Made by a program: the position numbers and the translations under genes. The notes beneath the pieces are model-generated. The model saw only the letters and a list, made by a program, of their open reading frames with translations, was not told where the DNA came from and searched no databases. From the human T2T-CHM13v2.0 reference genome, Homo sapiens, in NCBI RefSeq assembly GCF_009914755.1, contig NC_060926.1: a stretch of DNA of 64,000 nucleotides; one strand, 5' to 3'. Below, piece by piece: positions 28,275-42,419 of this stretch; the first letter of the stretch is position 1, and every line of letters begins with the position of its first letter.

Positions 28275-29534
28275 AGAAGTGAGGGAAACTCATTCTAAAA
28301 TGTCGAAAATAGCAGCAAACCGAACCAGCCCTCACAGATATCACCTGCTGTAGAAACAGAGTGTCCTGAGGAAGAAGGCAAGAAGAAATTCCTAATTCCC
28401 AGGGTCTCTCTCCCCATAATTTAGGTTTTGTCAGGACCTACTGGTATCTGTTGGGACAGACAACTGAGTGAAAAGCTAGTCGTCATGGAAAAATCAGTGA
28501 AAGACCTTTTTAAGACAGAATTTTCCTTCATGTTAGGGGTTTGGACAGCTGGGGCTATTCCACTCACATGATGCCCACTCTGATTACCGCACTCAGAATT
28601 CTTAGTTTGTCTCATATTCAGTCGCCACTACCTGGAGTTTCCACAGAGGGTGTCAAAGGTGACCTCCCTTACATTCTGAAGGATGTCCTGTCTGAGGGAT
28701 GGGCTCCCAGAGGTCACTAGATGGGAATAGTGGTGTGTATTGCTGAGGACCCCAGAGGTTTTAGAACGGAAGGACTTGACGCCATGGGCTTGCTGGTGGG
28801 AGGTGGATGATCCCTTACCAAGCTGTGGCCTCACACCCTCCTATGCTCCCGACCACCCCCAGCACTGGCTTGACTCCAGTGTGAATCTTTCTTTTCTTTT
28901 GAATCCTAAACACATGTCCCCTGAAGTGTTTCAGACAGTTGGGATCAGCAGCAACCCTAGCAGTGTTTGTGCAGAACCCCCAGAGCTGACACTGCTGACT
29001 GGGACATGTGACCTGGCACCCCCAGGTGGGTGGGCCCCAGGTGAGTCCACCCGGGCTCCAGCAGAGGAACCTGCCTCCGGAGTTCGGAGGCTGTGATGCG
29101 TGGTACCGATGGACTCTGAGTTCCAGACTCGGGACACAAGGGGAGATGGAAGGCAACTGTGTAAACCAAAGAGGCAGCAGCAGGAAGGTCCCAGCGAAAG
29201 CAGATCCACTGGCCAGAATTCCCCAAAGCCTCTCTGCAGTGTGGTTCTCAGACCAGCAGCATCAACTCACTTGGGGACTTGTTAGAAATGAATCTGCCTG
29301 TCAGTGAGAGGCCCAGGGGTTCCTGTGCTTGACGGCACTGCACTAAACAAAGCTGAGCCTTTGCTAACTCCTCTAGGTCTCTACCCACTGGCTAAGACTC
29401 GGCCAAGGGCACATCTAGGGCTGGAGTATTATACAGTGAGCAGAAGATGTATGCAACTTAAAGAATAATGTTAAGGAGTGGGGGAATGCTGATTTTTTTC
29501 TCTGCCTCTCTTGTATATTCTATCATAAAGGATC

Positions 29535-29865
29535 TGGACTCAGAAGAGATTTAAGTTTCAAATCTGGCTTTGTCAGTTAATGCTTGTGGGATCTCAACCA
29601 CGTCACTGACTTCTCTGAGCATGCTTCCATATTTCTACAAAGGAAACAATAGGTGACTCTGCTGAGTTGAGCACTTGCGAGTACCAAGCAGTAAGTGTTT
29701 TACACCTATTTACTCATTTAATCCTCCTGAAAATCCGTGTGACACCTGTGTTGTTATTACCCCCATTTGACAGGTGAGGACCTGAGGCACAGATGCTAAC
29801 CAGCTTGCTGGAGATCACACACTCATGAGTGGCAGAGTGGGGCTTGGAACCGGGTAGCCTGGCTC
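29535..29865. mobile_element. Two head-to-head MIR fragments
   Basis: MIR cores on + (~29535-29650) and on - (CCCCATTTGACAGGTGAGGACCTGAGGCACAGA). Confidence 0.6.
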
Positions 29866-30062
29866 TGGAGCCCTCACTCCATCCACACACCATGCTGGGA
29901 CCCAGTCGAGTGACCAGCAGACCGGTTGTGTGGGTTAGGTGGAATGGTGGATATAAACCACACAGCCCAGCTCCTGACCCATGCTGGGCCCTCAGTAAGT
30001 TACTACTTTCATTATTATACATGCGTAGATGAAAGTTGGGTGGTAATAGTGATTTTCCCTAA

Positions 30063-30748
<686 letters not shown>

Positions 30749-33019
30749 CCCTTCTTGACTTGCTTATGTGACTTGCTTATGTGACTTGCTCATTTCCAGC
30801 ATGAGGCAGGAAAGGATAGAAGCCTTTCAGAGCCTGAGCCAAGTTCCTCCTCACAGAAGCACAGAGGACACTTACTCCATCTCTGAAAAAGCTGCCCACA
30901 CCCCACCTCCATCCAGCCTTCCAAAAGCCACCACGAATGACCCGTAGGAGGGGCAGAGTGTGCCACTTGCTACGGACCAGAACCTCTGGGGAGCGGGGAT
31001 CATCTCTGTGTCTCTCTGCTTCAACTGCATTTAAAATGAACATTCTTAATGATAAACCTTTCCGTGTGTAAAGAAGGGCGTGGAAAAATGTATGTACTGG
31101 AGACTCGGGTAATGACTTTCTAAGTGTGGAAAATTTTCCCCCAAAGTGTTTCCAAATATAGAAAAGTCACATAATAAATGATGAGGGCTCATAAACCTTT
31201 CTGGCAGCAGTTGCAGGGGTCAGAACAAGGAAGAAGGAATTCCCAGCTCCTAGGGCCTCGCATCCCACACTGTCTTCTGGGCTACTGTGCAACCAATGGT
31301 TCCGTATCTGTACGTACCCAGGGGCTCCTTAGATAAATAATTGAAGTGAAATATCAAATGTGTTACTGGTTTTTTAATGTCACTGATAAAACCCCTAAAA
31401 TAGACTGCATGTCTCCCAGCTCTTCTGAACCAGGAGTGTTTGGGAAGTTGAGAATGTCACTGGTCACATTGTTCCTTTCTCTTGTGTCTCTAAAGGGTTT
31501 TGTTGTTTTAGGTTTGTTAATGGTTGTCAAACACATGCCTCAGACATTTTTAACCTCCTGGAAGCCTACTGGACTCAACACACTGAAACCAGCCCTGATT
31601 CTCTGCTGACTGCATTTGCCAAGATTGAGTCCTATAATTGTCAGGTTGCTGCCAAAGCTAAAGCCCTGCCCCACCTGCCCCGCCCCGCCACCCACCTGCC
31701 CCACCCCACCGCCCATAGCCTTCCCTGAGAACCATCTTCAACTTCTTGGCAGCTGTGATTCTCCTCACCTCTATGGGTGGAGGAAACCAGTAGGGGTGCA
31801 GAAGATCAGGGGGTTGTGGAAACCTGCATCTTCTTCATGCTCCCCAAACCTTTCTTCCTTGAAGCAAGGAAGGGCCTAGCTCTGTCACAGAAAGGGTACT
31901 GAAAGACATAACAGAAATGCCCAACCAAATGGAGATTATGAGTGAATGTGGTCACTGGGATCACAGCTGGCCCTAACAGGTCTATTCTAACTATTCTAAC
32001 TCTGGTGAGCCCCCAAAGAATGAGGGACCCCCTCAGACGCTCCCAATTTATCACTTCAAAAATCTTCGAAGAGCTCCCAGAGAAACCCTGGAGCTTACAC
32101 AGGCCTCCAGAACAAGGCAGGAGTTTTGGTCCTGGACAGATAACCTTGTCAGAGCATCAGAGACACAGGCACCATGTTGGGTATGAGCAAGTCCCTCTTG
32201 ACCACCCTCTCCCCTCATTTTATGAACAGAGAAAGTAGCTCTCATGTCCGGAGAGACTACCAAGAAGCCCTGGGCATGTGTTTTGACTCAGAAAGTCCTA
32301 GAAGAGTAGACAGAAAGGTCACCATGTTATTTTAAACCCAAACTTGATACTTGGATGTATTCATGGCCTGGCATATAAGAGCTGAGAAATACCTCCCCAC
32401 TCCACTTGTCACAGCTCAAGTCCTCACCCATGTATCAGTTTGAGGTTTGGGCTCTAGGTTTTGAGATAGAATGAAGGATCCAAAGAGTTCCCAAGAAGAT
32501 GGAAAGCTATGATACATAAAGAAAGGATGAAGATTAAGCCTATGCATTCAAAGTTCTTGTGACCCATGGAAAAAATAAAAATAAAACCCAAGCAGAATGC
32601 TGAAATGCATTGTGATTCCTAAGCTTGGGAAGAAAAAGCCACAGGATGATAAAATCTCTGTGTTTAAGTAAAAGAAGGAGACTGGTTATCTGAAGAGTGC
32701 TGATCTGTTTTCTATTATCAGCTAATTCCATGATTTTATTGCCACTCTCTCCTGAGTTTCTATCATGGGCAGTGTAGGCATTGAATCAGAGAATCTTCTA
32801 TGGGAAAACTCAGAGTTCAATTCAGGGGAGTGATGCCGAGGGACAGAGTTATCTCCATGGCTCATGCAAACAAGGGCCTCTCAGGTATTAGTGGTACTTT
32901 TTAAGCCTACCCAGTGACAACACATGGTGGAGAATCAGGGTTCCATTCTAGAGAGGAGGCTTGAAAGACATGTTGGCTAAGAGAAAAGTAAGGAAATACA
33001 TCATCTCCAGGTTACTTAA

Positions 33020-35404
33020 TAATATAATTTGGCTGTGTCCCCATTCTAATCTCATCTTGAATTCCCATGTGTTGTGGGAGGGACCCGGTGGGAGGTAATT
33101 GAATCATGGGGGCAAATATTTCCCGTGCTGTTCTTGTGATAGTGAATAGGTCTCATGAGATCGGATGGTTTCATAAAGAGGAGTTTCTCTGCACAAGCTT
33201 TCTCTCTTAGTCTGCTGCCATCCGTGTAAGAAATGATGTGCTCCTCCTGGCCTTCTGCCATTATTGTGAGTCCTCCCCAGCCATGTGGCACTGTAAGTCC
33301 ATTAAACCTCTTTCTTTTGTAAATTGTCCATTCTTGGGTATGTCTTTATCAGCAGCATGAAAACAGACTAATACAGTAAATTTTTGACAGTAGAGTGGGG
33401 CACTGCTGAAAAGATACCCAAAAATGTGGAAATGGACTTTGGAACTGGGCAATGGGGAGAGGTTGGAACAGTTTGGAGGGCTCAGAAGAAGACAGGAAAA
33501 TGTGGGAAAGTTTGGAACCTCCTAGAGGCTTATCGAATGGCTTTGACCAAAATGCTGATAACGATATGACAATGAAATCCAGGCTGAGGTGGTCTCAGAT
33601 GGAGAGGAGGGACTTGTTGGGAACTGGAGCAAAGGTGACTCTTGTTATGTTTTAGCAAAGCGACTGGTAGCATTTTGCCCCTGCCCTAGAGATTTGTGAA
33701 ACTTTGAACTTGAGAGTATCTGGCAGAAGAAATTTCTTATTTTTTTTCTTTCTTTCTTTCTTTCTTTTTCTTTTTTTTTTTTTTTTGATACCAAGTCTTG
33801 CTCTGTTGCCAGGCTGGAGTGCAGTGGTGTGATCTTGGCTCACTGCAACCTTAGGCGGAAGAAATTTCTAAGCAGCAAAGCATTCAAGAGGTGACTTGGG
33901 TGCTGTTAAAGGCATTGAGTTTTAAAAGGGAATCAGAGCATAAAAGTTCAGAAAATTTGCAACCTGACAATGTGATAGAAAAGAAAATCCCATTTTTCCG
34001 AGGAGAAATTCATGCTGGCTGCAGAAATTTGCATAAGTAATGAGAAGCTGAATGTTAATCCCCAAGACAATGGGGAAATGTCTCCAGGGCATGTCAGAGG
34101 TCTTCACAGCAGCACCTCCCATCACAGGCCCGGAGGCCTAGGAGGAAAAAGTGGGTTTGTAGGCTGGGCCCAGTGTCTCCTGCTGTGTGCAGCCTAAGGA
34201 CTTGGTGCCCTATGTCCCAGCTGCTCCAGCTATGGCTGAAAGGGGCCAACATAGAGCTCAGCCCATGGCTTCAGAGTGCAATCCCCAGCCCTTGGCAGCT
34301 TCCATGTGGTGTTGAGCCTGTGAGTGCACAGAAGTCAAGAATTGGGGTTTGGGAACCTCCACCTAGATTTCAGAAGATGTATGGAAATCCCTGGATGCTC
34401 AGGCAGAAGTTTGCTGCAGGGGTGGGACCCCCATGGAGAATCTCTGGTAGGGCAGTGCAGAAGGGAGATGTGGGGTCAGAGCCCCCATACAGAGTCCCCA
34501 CTGGGGCTGTAAGAGGGCTACCGTCCTCCAGACCCCAGAATGGTATATCCACCAATAGCTTGCACCATTTGCCTGGAAAAGCTGCAGTCACTCAACGCCA
34601 GCCCATGAAAGCAGCCAGGAGGGAGGCTGTACCCTGCAAAGCCACAGGGGTGGAGCTGCCCAAGACCATGGGAACCCACCTCTTGCATTGGCATGACCTG
34701 GGTTTGAGACATGGAGTCAAAGGAGATCATTTTGGAGTTTTAAGATTTGACTGCCCTGCTGGATTTCAGACTTGCATGGGTACTGTAGCCTCTTTGTTTT
34801 GGCCAATCTCTCCCATTTGGAATGGGTGTATTTACCCAATGCCTGTATCCCCATTGTATTTAGGAAGTAACTAACTCATTTTTGATTTTACAGACTGATA
34901 GGTGGAAGGGACTTGCCTTCCCTCAGATGAGACTTTGTAGACTTTTGAGTTAATGCTAAAATGAGTTAAGACTTTGGGGGACTGTTAGGAAGGCATGATT
35001 GGTTTTGAAATGTGAGGACATGAGATTTGGGATGCACCAGGGGCAGAATGATATGGTTTGTCTGTGTCCCCACCCAAATCTCATCTTGAATCCCCACGGG
35101 TTGTGGGAGGAACCCCGTGGGAGGTAACTGAATCATGGGGGGAAGTATTTACCATGCTGTTCTCGTGATAGTGAACAAGTCTCATGACATCTGATGGTTT
35201 TATAAAGAGGAGTTCCCTTACACAAGCTCTCTGTCTTTGCCTGCTACCATCCATGTAAGATGTGACTTGCTCCTCCTTGCCTTCCACCATGATTGTGAGT
35301 CCTCCCTAGCCATGAGGAAGTATAAGTCCATTAAACCTCTTTCTTTTGTAAATTGCCCAGTCTCGGGTATGTCTTTATCAGCAGTGTGAAAATGGACTAA
35401 TACA
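33020..35404 (+). mobile_element. Complete THE1C MaLR element: 5' LTR 33020-33375, internal 33376-35048, 3' LTR 35049-35404
   Basis: Two homologous ~355-bp LTRs ending GACTAATACA; THE1 internal sequence; perfect 5-bp TSD CTTAA (33015-33019, 35405-35409); short Alu insert at 33738-33851 with TSD GGC(A/G)GAAGAAATTTCT. Confidence 0.93.
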
Positions 35405-35838
35405 CTTAAATATTGAATAAAGGCTATGAAAGAAAGAGTAGGGTTTTCTTGGGGGATCTTAAGGATGATACCCACTTTCCTTGTTTAAGAATCCTCTTGC
35501 CTGGGGATGAAGGGCTCCACTTATTTTTAGGTGTCTACAGTGTAATAGAACTCTGAGGACAGAAATCCAACTCTGATTAGCTTTGGCAAAGGGGCAGATA
35601 TTTGAGGCTCACATAACCAGTCTCCAAGGGGGTAGGGATGTGGTTGATCTGGGGACATCTAGAACCAGGGAGTGGCATGCCACTAGCACTCTGTCTCACC
35701 TCTCCCTTTCTCTATGTGTTGGCATCAGATTTTTGTTTTTATTTTTCACACACTGCCTTTATGTCTCAATCTTTACTATCAAAGAGGAGCTGCATCTCTT
35801 TCCTTAGTTGCATGCCAAAACATTCCAGAGAACAGCTG

Positions 35839-35922
35839 TGTATTAGTCAGGATTCTCTTAGAGGGACAGAACTAATAGGAAATATATATATATATGTATA
35901 AATATATATATGTATGTGTGTG

Positions 35923-35972
<50 letters not shown>

Positions 35973-36368
35973 TTTAAGCAAGCAAATTAAAGGGGGGGTT
36001 ATTAAGTATTAACTTACCCAATCACAAGGTCCCATGATAGGCTACAAGCTGAGGAGCAAGGAGAGCCAGTCCGAGTCCCAAAAGTGAAGAACTTGGAGTC
36101 CGATGTTCAAGGGCAGGAAGCATCCAGGACGGGAGAAAGATGTAGGCTGGGAGGCTCAGCCCATCTCTCCTTTTCATGTTTTTCTGTCTGCTTTATATTC
36201 TCTGGAAGCTGGTTAGATTGTGCCCACCAGATTGAGGGTGGATCTGCCTTCCCCAGCCCACTGACTCAAATGTTAATCTCCTTTGGCAACACCCACATAG
36301 ACACACCCAGGATTAATATTTTGTATCCCTCAGTCCAATCAAGTTGACACTCAGTATTAACCATCACA
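35839..36368 (-). mobile_element. MLT2A (ERVL) solo LTR with internal (TA)n
   Basis: TGTATTAGTC...GACACTCAGTATTAACCATCACA termini; TSD AGCTG; inserted into an older MLT1-like LTR. Confidence 0.88.
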
Positions 36369-37002
36369 AGCTGGGTCAAGTGTGCACCTCTGAGGGCAGG
36401 TGGCCAGGGCCCTCACTAGAACCATGTGGCTGGAGCGGACAGAGAAGCAGATCCCAGCAAGAAGGACTGAGCAGACACAGCCACAATGTCCAGCATGGCA
36501 CTGCACAAGATGCCAAATTCTATGTATGAGGTGGGTCATGGAGCTGGGGGAGAAAAAAAGAAGAGAAATAGATCTTGAGAGTAGGGGTGGAGTAGGGTCA
36601 GGAGAGGGGTCATCCTGCAGCATAAGCAAGTGAATTGAAAGGACATTCAGTTCTGCTCTTGAACAAGGATGCCTCAGGCCATATACATTTCTTGCCAGTT
36701 TCCTCTCAAGCTTAACTAATAACTTTTCCTCCTTAAATTCTGTCTGAGCTAGTTGGCAAAGTGAAATAACATTTTCTGTTTATTTGTGCTTGGTATTGCT
36801 GGAAAGATTCCTATGAAGTTGTGGAGTTTTTTTTTTTCCCCTCATCATTTTGTTTGTAAATTTCTACTCAACATAAGCCATTTCTTAATAGGCTACCTGG
36901 GAACTGTGACATGTACTAGTACTGGTCAGTAGTAGCTACATCTTTCTACTTGGTGGAATCTGCCTTCCAGCTATGAACTCTAGCTGTGAGTCTGATGGAA
37001 GC

Positions 37003-37363
37003 TGATATGGTTTGGCGGTGTCCCCACCCAAATCTCATCTTGAATTGTAGCTCCCATAATTCCCATCTGTCATGGGAGGGACTTGGTGGGAGGTAACTGA
37101 ATCACGGGGGCAGATCTTTCCTGTGCTGTTCTCATGGTAGTGAATAAGTCTCATGAGATCTGATGGTTTTATGAAGGCAGTTCCCCTGCACATGCTCTTT
37201 CTTGCCCGCTGCCATGTAAGCCGTGCCTTTGCTTCTTTTTTCCTTCTGCCATGATGAGGCCTCCCCAGCTGTGTGGAACTGTGAGTCTATTAAAGCTCTT
37301 TCCTTAATAAATTACCCAGTCTTAGATGTGTCTTTATTAGCAGTGTGAGAACAGACTAATATA
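37003..37363 (+). mobile_element. THE1B solo LTR
   Basis: TGATATGGTTTGG...AACAGACTAATATA; perfect TSD GAAGC. Confidence 0.88.
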
Positions 37364-37529
37364 GAAGCATACTTGCAGTTGAAGGTGGACAGAACAACAG
37401 GATCTTAGCTTTCCCAGAATGGGTCACCAGCCTGACAGTGGTGGTAACAAGGACATGCAGTGGAGATGATCAGGACTTTGGAGCCAGAAAGACTAGGATT
37501 TAGATCCAGGCTGTAAAATGAATAAGGAC

Positions 37530-37937
37530 TGTTATGGAGGATGGGGCACACTGCCCAGATGCCCCTTCTTGATCATGATATTCATTGCCCCAGCTGTTGA
37601 GGGTATTGACTGGTGATGGCTTAAAACTGAGGCCTTTCCTGGGTGCTGCCGTGGCTGAGGGACCTACCTCACCCAAGGTTACACACGTCCCCAGAGTGCC
37701 TGAGCTGATTCAAGGACTCAAAGGCTCAACAGTCTCATCTCAGGTCAGGGCAATTCTGAAGTTATCCCAGCTCTAGAGCTTCTGTGGGACCTGCTGTGAC
37801 CTTTGTTGTGACTGCACAGGTGTTCAGCCTCTCTCTCTGCCCCATCCTGTTTTTGTTTTTGTTTTTTACAGTGTTGTTTTAGAGAGCATTCCCAATAAAC
37901 CTCCTACATGCAAATGTTCATCTCAGCATCTAAGACA
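37530..37937 (+). mobile_element. LTR16-like ERVL LTR
   Basis: CTGCCCAGATGCCCC start and CCCAATAAACCTCCTACATGCAAAT...CTAAGACA end. Confidence 0.55.
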
Positions 37938-38119
37938 GGTAAATTCTACATTTACCTTGTAGGATTTTTTCTACCAGGATTAAAGTCAATGTATGTATTA
38001 AGCAAATGCTCATTGTAATGCTTTAAAAGCCATGATCTACATAGTTCAGTCCTAGAATTAAGCCAGAATTAAAATACAGTATATTCAAACAGAATAATTC
38101 CAAAATAACTTCAGTTCTT

Positions 38120-38960
38120 TACTTATCCTATTAGGAGCAAGACTCTTGCTTGTAAGTTACAAGAAAGCCAAGTAAGACTTGTTTAAGGAAAACACAGGCT
38201 TATCTACCTATACATGTGGTTGGTGGGGACCATTCATGAACCTATAGGGTCCAGGGGTAGACTTTCATGCACATCTGGATCCAGGGGACATTAGCTATAG
38301 GCAGTCATCTAGAGGCTCAACTAGAACACCAGCATATCTGGGTCTTTTCCTTCTCCATGCAATGGCAGCGCTTCTTCTTCCCCTTGTGCTCTGTCAGCAG
38401 GCTAGCTAGACTTCTGGTATGGTCACTCGGGACTCCTAAAAGTGCAATAGTCACTGCTGTGTTATGATATGCAGCTTCCTGTTGTGTGCCATGCCATCTC
38501 AATGTTTGGTTCAAAAATCCCAGAATGTCACTCTAACACCTCCTGAATTAGGGTTGGGTTCTCAAGAAAAATCCCCGAATGTCCCTCTAACACCTTCTGA
38601 ATTAGGATTCTTAAGAGAAACAGGACCAATAGGGTGTGTGTGTGTGTGTGTGTGTGTTGCAAGGAATTGGCTCACATGATTAGGCAAGCTGAAAAGTTTC
38701 AAGATCTGCAGTCAGCAAGCTGGAGACCCAGGAGAGACAATGCTGTAGTTCCAGTTTGAGCCCAAAGGCCTGAGATCCAGGAGAGTCAAATTACGTAAGT
38801 TACAATTTGAACATCAGCAGGCTTGAGACCCAAGAGCCAGTGTTTCAGTTCAAGCTCAACGGCAGGAAAAGACCAATATCCCAGCTGGAACACTCAGGCA
38901 GAAGGAGTTCCCTCTTACTTGGCCTTTTTGTTTTAGTCAGGTCTTCACATCTTCTATTGA
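38120..38960 (-). mobile_element. Old MLT1-like LTR followed by an MLT2-like LTR fragment
   Basis: GAGAAACAGGACCAATAGG(TG)n AAGGAATTGGCTCACATGATT...CAGCAAGCTGGAGACCCAGGAGAG is the MLT2 pattern. Confidence 0.6.
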
Positions 38961-38989
38961 TTACATCAAATCATGGGCCAGAACAACTA

Positions 38990-39195
38990 CACAGAAAACC
39001 AATGAGGAAATAGCAGACTTGAACTACACTATCATCTGTTAGATATAACATACATCTATAGAACACTTAACAACAGCAGAATATATTATTCTCAAGTATA
39101 CATGGAACATTCTTCAGGATAAATCATTCACTAGATCGTAAGACAACCCTCAATAAGTGTAAAAGAACTGAAATCAAACAAAGTACGTTCTCCAC
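38990..39195 (+). mobile_element. L1 ORF2 endonuclease-region fragment
   Basis: AACAGCAGAATAT...CTCAAGTATACATGGAACATTCTTCAGGATAAATCA. Confidence 0.65.
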
Positions 39196-40970
39196 AGGGC
39201 AGCCCTGTGGGACTACACAGAACTACACAAGAGTGAGAATACCAGGTGTTCACTGGGGCTCATCATTAGGGACCAGCTCCCAAAGGCTACCTGGACAAAA
39301 TCTACTTACAGACAAAAAGCAAACAGTTTTGGGCATGTCGCTGGCTGCTCCCTGAAACTCCTTTGGTTTTCCATGTTCAGGCTTTGGATCTTGGTAAATA
39401 CAAAAGTTCTTTGGAGGACTAACACACCAAACTTGTATCAGTCACTTATATCTTTGTAAAACCAAAGATCTTCAATGATGTGATAAAGGAAGGATATACA
39501 TCAAAGCCCTGGGACTCAAGATGGGAATAAAGGAGCTTTACTGAAAGATGCGTGGGGCAGGCTGGATGGCAAAATCAGATTCAGAAACTGACCTCACTCA
39601 CTTTTATAGTTTCCATAGTGCTAGGCCTGCTTAGGTCCTTCATAGGTAGTAATAGCCAAGTTTCTCTCCTTCGGGGCATCTTTAATAGGAATGTCAGCCC
39701 AAGTCCAAAGCCATGCAGCTACAATAGCACAATTTTGGACAGGTACCAAAATTGGGAAGGAATGGGGTTGGGGGCATTAGAGCCTTCCTAGAGCCACCAA
39801 AATCACAAACTAACTGCAGTCTGTTGATAGCCTTTTAATGGACATCAAGATATACTTACTAGAGCAAAGGTTCTGTCCTTTTCCCTTAAGATGATGCCTC
39901 TCTTAGGGATTGGAGAGCAATCCTAATTTACAAATCAGTTTTTGGAAACTGGTTTGTAAATATTGACATCATAGTTAGTTTGACCTCAGTAACCCAAAGC
40001 TACCAACAATGGCAGAAGAGCCAAAGGGTTCAGCGTGATTGGCCAGTCTGATCGTTTTTCTCTTTGATTTCAGAAGGCAATGATTCCTCAAGTGTGCTTG
40101 GAATGGAAATTATAAACAAGTCATTGCTTTCTTCTTATGTGGAGGTCTGCCATGTGAGCCGCATATTTCAAGTCTTACCTGCACCTAGCCTTTGGCCTGA
40201 AATGTGTCATTGAATCAATTAATGCTTTTAAATGGCTCACTTTACTCCATTTTTCTGCATACATTCAGTTACCTAATTCTGTTAGCAAAGGCTATTGATG
40301 GGTCTAAGAAAAACTGAAGGCCTTCATCTCTGGCAAAGATTCGTAATTTGTGATGTTGGTGGTTACTGCACCCAAAGTTTCCAACTTAATTGGGAACAGT
40401 GGGAAGTAATTTAGTTGTGACTGTTTCTCTAGCTGTTAATTTAGCTGATTTTCATTCTATTAAGGCTTTAAGGGAAACAATTCCAAACTAATTAGCCAGA
40501 ACTTCCATTTGGTAGTACAGTAGTCAGTTATAGGTAGGACATGCTGGGTGTTTCACTTGTCCAGGCTTCTTATGGTAAATTCTGCAAGGGTGCCCACCCT
40601 CAGCTCTGGATACATTTGGCATCTAGAGACAGATCTTCGAAAATGCTGGTGTTTATAATTAAAACCAGAGTCTGTTCGGTGACCAAACACTAAAACTGCT
40701 TGAGTTTTGTTTTTCTAGCTGAATTTCCAATGACAAAATATCACAGGCGTTTTGTTTATTGGCTCTTCCCAGGAGAACTGCTGCTAAGATAATATCTAAA
40801 GCTTACAACATTGTTTAAAAAGAGAAGTAAGCATTGTAACTTCTCTTTAAAAAAGATAAAGCAAATACTTTCCACTTCATTATTTTATTAAGACTTTAGT
40901 GATTTTGAAAATCTGATTTTTGTCTGCTAATGCTTGTGAACTAACTGTGGTTTTTCTAAGTTTTCCACAG

Positions 40971-41505
<535 letters not shown>

Positions 41506-42109
41506 CCCAGACCGTCAATTTTAAGCTGCAAATTTGGTTTGGCAAATTTGGCCAAAATGAGAGAAATCTGATTGCATTTCTCCCACCTGCACCATCAGCC
41601 ACTCCCTTTGCAGCTGAGTCTGGTAGGTGCTTCTCCTTCCCTGCCAAGGACACACTCCACTGCTTCCTAATTGCCTGAGTTTTCAGTGGCAGCTTAGATG
41701 TTGGCCAGGCTTTAATCAGCCTGGGAAACAGAGTCCTCTGTCAGCACATTTGCCACTGAGGCCTGATGGGAATGTGTGTGACTACACAGCAACAAAACGG
41801 ATTCACCAGCCACATGGGGAAACCAGCCTCATTACTTCAGAGTCACGTCACGTGGTCTCCTTGGGCCAGCAACCGCTCTTCTTAATTCCTGCTTTCATCA
41901 GGCCATTTGTCTTAAACTACATGCTTGTCTCATCTCAAAATTCATTGTTTAGCTTACATACAGTGGAGACCTGAGGATTAACACATCACGGCACTGAGGG
42001 GAAATGACTTGTTCTCATTCACTCATTATTCAGCAACCATTTATGAATGTCTGTTCAGCCATTAGATAGTCTAGATTTTCCAAGATAGCTCTGTTTAAGG
42101 AAATTTTGA

Positions 42110-42419
42110 GGCTGGGTGTGGTGGCTCACGCCTGTAATCCTAGCAGTTTGGGAGGCAAAGGCTGGCAGATTGCCAGGAGTTCCAGACCAGCCTAGGTAAC
42201 ATGGTGAAACCCCGTTTCTACTAAAACACAAAAAATTAGCTGGGCATGGTGGCGCATGCCTGTAATCCCAGCTACTCAGGAGGCTGAGGCACAAGAATCG
42301 TTTGGACCCAGGAGGCAGAGGTTGCAGTGATAATCAACCTCAGCTATCACAGCTGAGATAGCGCCACTGCACTCTAGCCTGGGCGACAGAGTGAGACTGT
42401 CTCCAAAAAATAAAATAAA
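42110..42419 (+). mobile_element. AluS with a 21-nt non-Alu insertion
   Basis: Dimer; TSD ~AAATTTTGA; insertion at 42331-42351. Confidence 0.85.

Noticed and set aside
33020-33030. THE1C 5' LTR start TAATATAA versus TGATATGG (three G>A changes), suggesting APOBEC3 editing
   Set aside because: Only three sites, and the rest of the LTR shows no G>A bias relative to the 3' LTR.
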